64,000 nt of DNA from Myxococcota bacterium (lineage in GTDB: Bacteria; Myxococcota_A; SURF-8; G963663525): assembly GCA_963676915.2 (NCBI GenBank), contig CAXXVK010000004.1:1-64000 (forward strand), read 5' to 3'. Below the pieces are notes generated by a model. The model did no database searches. It saw only the letters and a program-made list of their open reading frames with translations, and was not told where the DNA came from. Of this stretch, positions 50,259 to 62,200 are shown piece by piece; the stretch's first letter is position 1; every line of letters begins with the position of its first letter. Position numbers and translations under genes: made by a program.

Positions 50259-53200
50259 TTACATCGTATCGAAAGTGCGCGTCTCACTCGTGGTTTCGTT
50301 ACCTTCCGAGTCGATCGCAACAACCTTCCAATAGTAGGTCGTCTGTGCCTCCAGAGCCTCGGGAACCTGGTAGAGCACCACATCCTCCGGCAGGATGCCT
50401 TCTCCGCCTTCATCCGTCAGGTCTTCACAGGCGGTCATTCCACCGAGCACGACCATGCAACTCAGCACCATCGCGGCCATCGGTTTGCGACCGGTGCGAA
50501 CCAGCACGAACAGCAGTCCGAGAGCGAACGGCAGGGCGACCATGCCTTCGATCAGCTTCGTGGACTCTCCGCCCTCTTCCTGAGCATCTTCTTCGCTTCC
50601 AGCTACAACCACTGCATCACATCCACTAAAGGATTCGTTATTGCAGTAGTAGAGTTCGTAGCTCAGATCATCGCCTTCGGGATCGGTAGAACGTTTCCAC
50701 ATGAAGCTCATCATGGTCGGAATGCTGCTCTGGTCCGGACCCGGGTAGAGGAGTTCCGGAGCGGTCGGAGCCTGGTTCGGCTGATCGGTGCTGCCGGGAT
50801 CTTCCACACACAGATCGCTCAGGCAGACCAGACCTTCATCGCAGGTATCGTCGTTGTAACAATCACAACCTTCCGAACCGACGATGCATTCTTCCTCGTC
50901 CTGATCGCCATCGACTTCCGGTTCGCGGCAAATACCCTCGCGGCATTCCAACTCACCGTCACAGGTGTCGTCGCTGTAGCATTCGCAACCTTCCGAACCC
51001 GGGAGACAGGCTTCGCTCTCGGCAACCAACAGGCTGTAGTTGCCCGCTTCCTCGCCAAGCAAAACCACCTGAATGATGTACATTCCGCTCTCATCCACGG
51101 TGATGCCGTCCATCACCACATCGTCTCCGGCGTCGCCATGCTGGGCTACCGGTTCGGCACAGGCATTCGAAGCGCCGCATTCCGCCAGCAGAGCCACACC
51201 CAGAGAGCGGGAGCTATCGGTCAAGGTAATGACGTAAGCCTGACCCGCGTTCAACTGAATGCTGTAGAAGGCATCAGCCGCGTAGAGATCGGAAGAGGAG
51301 CAGGGATAGGACAACGCATGGTTGGCATGGCGTCCGTCAAGGCTGTCGTTGACGGCGTTGTCCAACGTGATCGGCGTCGCGCCTTCACAGAAATCGCCTT
51401 CTTCCAGTTCGACGCACTCGCCGCTCAGGCAGGCATGAGCATTGATCGCGCTGGAGTCGCAAACCGTCCAGTCATCCACCGGATCGTCCACGCAACCGCG
51501 TTCTTCATCGCAACTGTTGGCCATGCACTCGTTTCCATCGTCGCAATCCAGCGTACCGGTTCCGGCAAGACATTCACCCGCGCTGCACTGGTCGCCCGTG
51601 GTACAAGCGTTTCCATCGTCACAAGCGTTGGTGTCGTCGATGCTCCAAACCTCGCGGGAGGAAATCGGTGTGCATTCCTGACAAGGATTGTCCGGGTTGA
51701 CGGTTTCAGGCGCATAACAGAGACCGTTGATAATACAGACGTTGTACTGGTTGGTATTAGCCAGTGCGGGGCAATTGTCGCAAGCATCGCCAACTTCATC
51801 GTCGTCCGCATCTTCCTGATCGACGTTCGCAACCTTCGGGCAATTGTCTTCGTTGCCGCAGATACCGTCCACATCCATGTCGTTTTCAGGATCGAAGGGG
51901 CATACATCGCAGAGGTCGCCGAACTCGTCGTCGTCCGAATTGACCTGCTCGGTGTTGCTGGCCAGCGGGCAATTGTCGTTGGTGTCGAACACGCCGTCTC
52001 CGTCGTCGTCCACGTCGCAGACATCGCCTTCGCCGTCAAGGTCCGTATCGAGCTGGTCGAAGTTGGCTACGAGTTCGCAGTTGTCTTCGACATCGAGCAT
52101 TCCGTCGTCGTCGTCGTCGTCGTCGCAGACATCGCCCGCACCGTCGAGATCCGTATCTTCCTGACCGGTGTTCTCGGTGAGCGGGCAGTTGTCGTAGCGG
52201 TCGAACACGCCGTCGTTGTCGTCGTCGTCGTCACAGACATCGCCTTCGCCATCCAGGTCGGCATCTTCCTGCTCGGGGTTGATCGTCAGCCAGCAGTTGT
52301 CCTCGGCATCGGTCACACCGTCTTCGTCGGCATCGTCTTCGCAGGCGTCGCCGCGTCCATCGTTGTCCGTATCAACCTGATCGAAGTTCGGAGTCCGGCG
52401 ACAGTTGTCGAAGCTGTCCAACACACCGTCGTTGTCATCGTCGTTGTCACAGGCATCGCCCCATTGATCGTCATCGGCGTTGTACTGCTCGGGGTTGTAG
52501 GTCAACGTACAGTTGTCGTTCTCATCATCGATACCATCGGCGTCGTCGTCCGAATCGCAGGCATTACCCATCAGGTCACCATCCGTATCGGTTTGATCCG
52601 GGTTGTAAACGGTCGGGCAGTTGTCATTGATCGCCACGACACCGTCACCATCGGAGTCGGCATCGCAGGCATCGCCCATGCCGTCTTCATCCGCATCGAG
52701 CTGATCGGCATTGGCAACGAGCGGGCAGTTGTCGTCGATGTCCAGAACCTCATCGGCATCGTCGTCGTCGTCGCAAGCATCGCCAAGAGCGTCCTCATCG
52801 GTATTCGTCTGATCGTCGTTGGCGACCATCGGGCAGTTATCCTCACCATCGAGAACGTCATCGTTGTCGTCATCGTCGTCGCAGATATCACCCATGTCAT
52901 CGTTGTCATTGTCAGCCTGATCCGGGTTGAAGACGACCGGGCAGTTATCCTCTTCGTCGAGCACGCCATCTTCGTCGAGATCGTCCTCGCAGGCATCGCC
53001 CTGGCCATCTTCGTCCGTATCCGTCTGATCGTCGTTGAACGTCAACGGGCAGTTGTCATCGATGTCGTCCACACCATCGTTGTCGTCGTCGGTGTCGCAG
53101 ACATCGCCTTCGTCATCCTCGTCGGTGTTGAACTGGTCGGTGTTGGCCACGAGCGGACAGTTGTCATTCGCGTCCGGAATCCAGTCGCCATCGTCGTCGT

Positions 53201-56200
53201 CGTCACAGACATCGCCTTCGCCATCCTCGTCGGTATCGAGTTGGTCAGCATTGGCCAGAAGCGGACAGTTGTCCTCAACATCCAGTTTGCCGTCGCCATC
53301 GTCGTCGGTGTCGCAGGCATCGCCTTCTCCGTTGTCGTCGAGGTCGGACTGCGTATCGTTTGCAACCATCGGGCAGTTGTCCGTCTCATCCGCGATGCCG
53401 TCGTTGTCGTCGTCATCGTCGCAGATATCGCCGAACGCATCGCCGTCCAGGTTGGCCTGATTCGTATTGACAACCAACGGACAGTTATCCAACTCGTCGT
53501 AGATACCATCGGCGTCGTCATCCGCATCACAGGCATCGCCTTCGCCGTCTTCATCGGTATCGAGCTGATCGGTGTTGATCACCAACGGGCAGTTGTCATC
53601 GCCGTCGAGCACGCCGTCTTCATCGTCGTCGTCCTCGCAGGCATCACCCTGGCCGTTATCATCCGAGTCGGCTTGATCGGCGTTCGGAGTGCGCGGACAG
53701 TTATCCGTTTCATCCAGCACGCCATCGTTGTCATCGTCGTAGTCACAGGCATCACCCAGGCTGTCGTCGTCGGCGTTGAGCTGATTCGTGTTGGCGAGAA
53801 TCGGGCAATTGTCGTTCTCGTCGAGCACGCCGTCGTTGTCGTCATCCGTGTCACACAGATCACCCAAGCCGTCGTTCTCGTTGTCAGCCTGCTCGGGGTT
53901 GATCACGGTCGGGCAATTGTCCTCGGCATCGGCCAGACCATCGTTGTCGTCATCGTCGTCACAGGCATCGCCCATCGCGTCGGTGTCGCTGTTGGTCTGC
54001 TCTGCGTTGGCTACGAGCGGACAGTTGTCGGATTCGTCGAGGATGTAATCGCCGTCGTCGTCGTCGTCGCAGGCATCGCCTTCACCATCCGAGTCGGTAT
54101 CGGTAAGGTCGGCATTCGCCAACAGCGGGCAATTATCGATGGTGTCGTCTACGCCGTCGCCATCGTCATCCATATCGCAGGCATCACCCATGTTGTCGTT
54201 GTCAAAGTCCGCCTGATCGTCATTAGCAACGAGCGGGCAGTTATCGACGAGGTCGTCTACGCCGTCCGCATCGTCATCCGAATCGCAGGCATCGCCTTCG
54301 CCATCCTCATCGACATCCACCTGATCGGCATTGGAAACCAGGATGCAGTTGTCGGATTCGTCGGCTACGCCGTCGTTGTCGTCGTCCGCATCGCAGGCAT
54401 TTCCTTCGCCATCCGCGTCGGTATCCGCCTGACCCATGTTTTCAACGAGGCGACAGTTGTCGAAAGCGTCGTACACGCCATCGTTGTCGTCGTCCATATC
54501 GCAGGCGTCGCCCATCTCGTCGTCGTCCGTATTCACCTGTTCAGGGTTGTAGACCAACGGGCAATTGTCTTCTTCCTCGGAAACACCGTCTTCATCGTTG
54601 TCATCCTGACAGGCATCGCCTCGTCCATCCTCGTTGGTATCGAGCTGGTCGGTGTTCACCGTCTTCGGACAATTGTCGACGTCATCGTACACGCCGTCGT
54701 TGTCGTCGTCAGCGTCACAGGCATCGCCGTCGCCGTCCTCATCGACATCCACCTGATCGGTATTGGCCACGAGCGGACAATTGTCGACGCCGTCCATGAA
54801 GCCGTCCGCATCGTCGTCGTAATCGCAGACATTACCTTGACCGTCCACGTCGGTATCGACCTGATCGGTATTGGCTACGAGCGGGCAATTGTCCATTTCG
54901 TCGGGCACGTAATCGCCATCGTCGTCCGCGTCGCAGACATCGCCTTCACCGTCCATGTCGGTATCCGTCTGATCGGCGTTGGCGATCATCGGGCAATTGT
55001 CTTCGACATCCGCCACACCATCCTCGTCGGTGTCGTTTTCGCAGGCATCGCCAATGCCGTCGCGGTCGGTGTCGAGCTGATCGGCGTTGGAAGTGAAGTG
55101 GCAGTTATCTTCGCCGTCGTTCACACCATCGTTGTCATCGTCGTCATCGCAGACATCGCCCAGGTTATCGTTGTCGTTGTCCGCTTGATCTTCGTTGGCA
55201 ATCAACGGGCAGTTATCTTCGACATCCGCCACACCGTCCTGATCGAGATCGTCCTCGCAGGCATCGCCGATACCATCCAGATCGGTATCGAGCTGACCAT
55301 CGTTGAACGTCACCGGGCAGTTGTCGACGATATCGTCCACACCGTCGTTGTCATCGTCCGCGTCGCAGACATCGCCTTCGCCGTCACCTTCGTTGTCCGC
55401 CTGGTCGCTATTGGGAACCAGCGGGCAGTTGTCATTGGTGTCCGGCACGCCATCCTGATCGGCGTCGTCTTCGCAGGCATCGCCGATGCCGTCGTCGTCC
55501 GTATCCGCCTGATCCTCGTTGGCAATGAAGACACAGTTGTCGGTTTCGTCGTCCACACCGTCATTGTCATCGTCATCGTCACAGACATCGCCCGCACCAT
55601 CGTTGTCCCGGTCGGACTGATCGGTGTTGGCCGTCATCGGACAATTATCGACGGAATCCGGCAGGTAGTCGTTGTCGTCGTCCGTGTCACAGGCATCGCC
55701 CAGGTCATCCTCGTCGTTGTTTTCCTGTTCGGCGTTCGGCACCATGGGACAATTGTCTTCATTGTCGGCGAGTTCGTCGTTGTCATCGTCGTCGTCGCAG
55801 ACATCGCCCACCGTATCACCATCGTTATTGGCTTGATCCGGGTTCGCATTCATCGGGCAATTGTCGAACAGGTCGTTGATGCCGTCGTTGTCGTCATCGG
55901 CATCACAGACATCGCCGAACTTATCGAGGTCGTTGTTTTCCTGTTCGGCATTTTCGATCAACGGACAGTTATCCTCGACATCATCGACTCCGTCTCCGTC
56001 GTCATCCGTGTCGCAGGCATCACCTTCGTCGTCTTCATCGGTATCGACCTGATCCGGGTTGATGGCTTCAGGGCAGTTGTCCTCTTCGTCCACCACGCCG
56101 TCCTGATCGGTGTCATCTTCGCATGCATCGCCGATGCCGTCTTCGTCCGTGTCGGTCTGATCGTCGTTGGCGATTCGGATACAGTTGTCGGTTTCGTCCA

Positions 56201-59200
56201 ACACGCCATCACCATCGTCGTCGTCGTCGCAGGCGTCGCCTTCACCGTTTTCGTCGGCATCGAACTGCTCGGCGTTTTCGATCAGCGGGCAGTTGTCGGA
56301 TTCATCGTCGACACCGTCGTTGTCGTCGTCCGTGTCACAGGCATCGCCTTCGCCGTCGTCGTCGTTGTCCGCCTGATCATCGTTGGCCACGAACACGCAG
56401 TTGTCGGCTTCATCGTCGACACCGTCGTTGTCGTCGTCGTCGTCGCAGACATCGCCTTCACCGTCATTGTCCTCATCGAACTGTTCGTGGTTTTGGACGA
56501 ACTGGCAGTTATCGACGGTATCCGGCACGAAGTCGTTGTCGTCATCCGTGTCACAGGCATCGCCTTCAGCGTCTTCGTCATTGTTCGCCTGATCATCGTT
56601 GGCCGTCCAGACGCAATTGTCGGTTTCGTCAGCAACGCCGTCGTTGTCGTCGTCGTCGTCGCAGAGATCGCCGAACTCGTCGTCGTCGTTGTTGGCCTGT
56701 CCGGGGTTGAACAGCTGCGGGCAGTTGTCTTCGGCATCCGCCACACCGTCCTTGTCGTCGTCATCCTCGCAGGCATCACCGATACCGTTGTCGTCATAGT
56801 CCGCCTGATCATCGTTTGCGGTCAGCGGGCAGTTGTCAGATTCGTCGGCCACACCATCATTGTCGTCATCGTCGTCGCAGGCGTTACCGAACTCGTCATT
56901 ATCTGTATTGATCTGATCGGTATTGGCCAGCGTCGGGCAATTGTCAACATTGTCGAGGATGCCGTCACCATCGTTGTCGTCCTCGCAGGCGTCGCCGATG
57001 CCGTCGTCATCCGTATCGACCTGATCGACGTTCTCGGTCAACGGGCAATTGTCGTAGGCATCGAACACGCCGTCACCGTCGTCGTCGTCGTCACAGGCGT
57101 TTCCTTCGCCATCCTCATCGGTGTCCGTCTGGTCGGGGTTAATGTTCTCAACACAGTTGTCAACGTCGTCTGCCACACCGTCTTCGTCAGCATCGTTTTC
57201 GCAGGCATCGCCGATACCATCGTTGTCCTCATCGGCCTGATCGTCGTTGGCAGTTCTCGGACAATTGTCTTCAACATCGTCCACGCCGTCGTTGTCGTCG
57301 TCGTCGTCACAGGCATCGCCCAGACCATCGTGGTCGGCATCGAACTGTCCGGGATTGGCCGTCTGCGGGCAGTTGTCCTCAAGGTCTGAACTTCCGTCGT
57401 TGTCGTCATCCGCATCGCAGACATCGCCTTGACTGTCGCCGTCGAGGTTTCTCTGACTTGCGTTGGCTGTCATCGGACAGTTGTCGAGAACATCCTGCAC
57501 GCCGTCGTTGTCGTCGTCGTCGTCACAGACATCACCCTCGCCGTCTTCGTCATTGTCCGCCTGATCGGGGTTGATGTCCTGAGGACAATTGTCTTCCGCA
57601 TCCGTCACGCCGTCCTCGTCGTCATCGTTCTCACAGGCATCACCCTGGCCGTCATTATCGGTATCCGACTGATCGGCATTGACGGTCAGCGGGCAATTGT
57701 CGAACAGGTCGAGCACGCCGTCGTTGTCATCGTCCGTATCGCAGGCATCGCCTTCACCATCGTCTTCGCTGTCCTGCTGATCGGCGTTGGCCACGAAGGG
57801 GCAGTTGTCATTGATGTCCGGCACGCCGTCTTCGTCCGCGTCATCCTCGCAGGCATCGCCCACACCATCGTTATCGGTATCGACCTGCTCGAAGTTCGAG
57901 GTCTTGGGACAGTTATCGTAACCGTCAAGAATTCCGTCCGCATCGTCGTCCGCATCGCAGACATCGCCTTCACCGTCGTCGTCCGTATCTTCCTGCATGT
58001 CGTTGAAGGCCATCGGACAGTTATCGTAGGTATCCACGATTCCGTCGTTGTCGTCGTCATCGTCGCAGACATCACCTATATTGTCATTATCGTTGTCCAA
58101 CTGACCCGTATTGGAAATGAGCGGACAGTTATCGAAGGTGTCTTTCACTCCGTCCGAATCGTCATCCACGTCGCAAGCATCACCGTCGCCATCATCGTCA
58201 GTATCGAGCTGGTCGCCGTTGGCGTCCATCGGGCAGTTGTCGAACTCGTTGGCCACGCCGTCACCATCCATATCGTCATCGCAGGCATCGCCGAATTCAT
58301 CGTCGTCGTGGTTGGCCTGTTGCGTGTTGAATGTCAGCGGGCAGTTGTCGAAATCGTCGAGGACGCCGTCACCATCATCGTCGTCGTCGCAAGCATTGCC
58401 TTCGCCATCGTGATTGGTGTCGATCTGGTCCGGGTTGACGACCACGGGGCAGTTATCCTCGCCGTCGAGCACGCCGTCCTCATCGTTGTCGTTTTCGCAG
58501 GCATCACCCACGCCGTCATCATCGGTATCAATCTGATCGCCGTTGGCCGTACGCGGGCAATTGTCCATTTCGTCGAGGACTTCGTCATTGTCGTCGTCGT
58601 CGTCGCAGGCATCGCCGAAAGCATCGTTGTCGGCATTCAACTGAGCCGTATTGGCTTCGAACTCACAGTTGTCAACCGTGTCGAGAACGCCGTCATTGTC
58701 GTCGTCATCGTCACAGGCATCGCCTTCACCGTCTTCGTCGTTGTCGTCCTGCACAACGTTGGGAACGAGCGGGCAGTTGTCGAGCACGTCGGGCAGCAGA
58801 TCGCCATCGTCATCCTCGTCACAAGCATCGCCTTCGCCATCCTCGTTCGTATCGAGTTGTCCGACGTTGCGAATCAACGGGCAATTGTCGACTTCGTCGA
58901 GCGTACCGTCGTTATCGTCGTCCACGTCGCAGGCATCGCCGTCACCATCCTCGTCGGTATCCAATTGATCGGTATTGTCATTCACCGGGCAATTGTCTTC
59001 GCCGTCCAGGATCGTGTCACCATCGTCGTCGTCGTCGCAGGCATTACCTTCGCCGTCTTCGTCGGTATCAAGCTGGTCGGCATTGGACACCGAAGGACAG
59101 TTGTCTTCGTAGTCCGGCACGCCGTCGCTGTCGTCGTCTTCTTCACAGGCATCACCCACGCCGTCGTTGTCCGTATCGTATTGATCGGCATTGGCGAGGT

Positions 59201-62200
59201 TGGGACAATTGTCCTCTACGTCGTCTACGCCGTCACCATCGTCATCCGTGTCACAGGCATCGCCTTCGCCGTCTTCGTCGAGGTCTTCCTGATTCGGATT
59301 CATCACGTTGACGCAGTTGTCGGCTTCGTCGAGAACACCGTCTTCGTCAATATCATTGTCACAGGCGTCGCCGTAGCCATCTTCGTCCGTGTCGGCCTGA
59401 TCCTCGTTCGGAGTGCGCGGGCAGTTGTCGTTTTCGTCAAGCACGGTGTCGTTGTCATCGTCATCGTCGCAAGCATCGCCGAATTCGTCGTCGTCCGCGT
59501 TGTACTGTTCGACGTTGGACACCAGCGGGCAGTTGTCAACAAGGTCGAGAACCTGGTCCGCGTCGTCATCGACATCGCAGACATCGCCTTCGCCGTCCTC
59601 GTCGGTATCCTTCTGCTCCACGTTGGCCATGGTCGGGCAGTTGTCTACGTCATCGGGGATGAAGTCGTTGTCATCATCCGTGTCGCAGGCATCGCCTTGA
59701 GTGTCTTCGTCTTCGTTCGCCTGATCCTCATTGGCCACGAGCGGACAGTTGTCCTCGCCATCTTCCACACCGTCGTTGTCGTCATCGCGGTCACAGGCGT
59801 TTCCTTCACCATCCTCGTCGGTGTCATCCTGTGCGGCATTGGCTACCAGGCGGCAGTTATCAACAGTGTCGGGGATGAAGTCGTTGTCGTCGTCCGTGTC
59901 ACAGGCGTCGCCTTCACCATCGGTGTCGGTGTCGAGCTGATCGTCATTGGAAGCCAACGGACAATTATCCTCACCGTCGTCAACTCCATCGCCATCGTCG
60001 TCCGCGTCGCAAGCGTTACCTTCGTTATCCAGATCCTGGTCGGCCTGATCGGCATTGGAAATCAGCGGACAGTTGTCCTCGACATCATCCACACCGTCGT
60101 TGTCGTCATCCGCGTCACAGGCATCGCCTTGACCGTCGGTGTCCAAGTCACTTTGCGTGTCATTGGAAATCAGCGGGCAATTGTCGTCAACGTCATCGAC
60201 ACCGTCGGCGTCGTCATCGTTATCGCAGGCATCGCCCCAGTCATCCTCGTCCGTATCAAGCTGATCCGCATTCGAGGTGAACGGGCAGTTATCGAAGCCA
60301 TCTTCCGCACCATCGTTGTCGTCGTCGTCGTCACAGACATCGCCGAAGCCATCCAGATCGTTGTTTTCCTGTCCGGAGTTCTCAACGAGCGGGCAGTTGT
60401 CGGAAGCGTCGAACACACCGTCGTTGTCGTCATCCGCATCGCAGGCGTCGCCTTCACCATCCTCGTCCGTGTCGAGCTGATCGTCGTTGACCACCAGCGG
60501 GCAATTGTCGGCGCCATCGAGCACGCCGTCTTCGTCGGCGTCGTCCTCACAGGCATCGCCAATGCCGTCATGATCGGTGTCGGCCTGATCGAAGTTGGCG
60601 ATACGGGTGCAGTTGTCGAAGTTGTCGAGAATACCGTCGTTGTCGTCGTCTTCGTCGCAAGCATCGCCGAAGCTGTCGCCATCTGCGTTGAGTTGCTCGG
60701 GATTGGTCACGTAAGGACAGTTATCCTCACCCTGGTCGTAGCCGTCGCCATCCAGATCCGAATCGCAGGCATTGCCCAGACCGTCGTCATCCATATCCAC
60801 CTGATCGCTGTTGGCATCGAGCGGGCAATTGTCCTCACCATCCGGGACCGTATCACCATCGTCGTCATCGTCACAGATGTTACCTTCGCCATCACCATCC
60901 GTATCGAGCTGTTCCACGTTTTCGACGAACGGACAGTTGTCGATATCATCGTTCACACCATCGTTGTCGTCGTCCACGTCGCAAACATCGCCTTCGTCAT
61001 CGTCGTCGAAGTCTTCCTGTCCTGCGTTCTTATCGAACGGGCAGTTATCGGCGGTATCCAGCAATCCGTCGTTGTCGTCGTCCGCGTCGCAGGCATCACC
61101 CACACCATCCTCGTCGTTGTCGCTCTGATCGGGGTTGTCCACGTTGGGGCAGTTGTCCGAAATGTCCGGAACACCGTCCTCGTCGTCGTCATCTTCGCAG
61201 GCATCACCGATTCCGTCTTCATCCGTATCGAGCTGCGTGAAGTTCGCAGTACGCGGGCAGTTGTCGAAGTTATCCAAAATGCCGTCGTTATCGTCGTCCA
61301 CGTCGCAAGCATCACCATCTTCGTCATCGTCCGAGTTCACCTGGTTGGTGTTTTGCACGAGCGGACAGTTGTCGGCAGCGTCCATCACGAGGTCGTTGTC
61401 ATCGTCCGTATCGCAGGCATCGCCTTCACCATCCTCGTCCGTATCATCCTGCGAAGTATTCGCCACGAGCGGGCAGTTGTCGGCGCCATCCGGGATGAAG
61501 TCGCCGTCGTCGTCTGCGTCGCAGGCATCGCCTTCGCCATCCTCGTCCGTATCCGTCTGAGCCGTATTCGCGTGCTCGGGGCAGTTGTCGCCACCGTCCG
61601 GAATACCGTCCTCGTCATCATCGTCTTCGCAGAGATTACCCTGACCATCGTTGTCGGTATCCAACTGGTCGGCATTTTCTACGAGCGGGCAGTTATCGAA
61701 GATATCCAACACGCCATCGTCGTCGTCGTCGGTATCGCAGGCATCGCCTTGGCCATCGTCATCCGTATCGAGCTGATCGTCATTGACCGTGTGCGGACAA
61801 TTGTCATCTTCGTCGAGCACGCCGTCTTCATCGTCGTCGTTTTCGCAAGCATCGCCGGTGCCGTCGTCATCCGAATCGACCTGATCGAAGTTCGAAGTGC
61901 GCGGACAGTTATCGGAAACATCCAAAATACCGTCGTTGTCGTCGTCGTTATCGCAGGCGTCGCCCAACTCATCGTTATCCGCATTGAGCTGATCTTCGTT
62001 GGCCACGTTCGGGCAGTTGTCTTCCGCATCGAGAACACCATCGTTGTCGATGTCGAAATCGCAGGCATCGCCCTGACCGTCGTCGTCCGAATCCGCCTGA
62101 TCGTTGTTGTTCACGAACGGGCAGTTGTCGAAGCCATCCGGGATTCCGTCGTTATCGTCGTCGGTATCGCAGGCATCACCCAACTCGTCGCCGTCGTTGT

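Noticed and set aside
51138-57389. 2083-aa ORF on the + strand, antisense to the giant gene
   Set aside because: Shadow frame: Asp/Asn codons read as Val/Ile in reverse and stops are rare. It is a low-complexity poly-V/I product with no independent signals.
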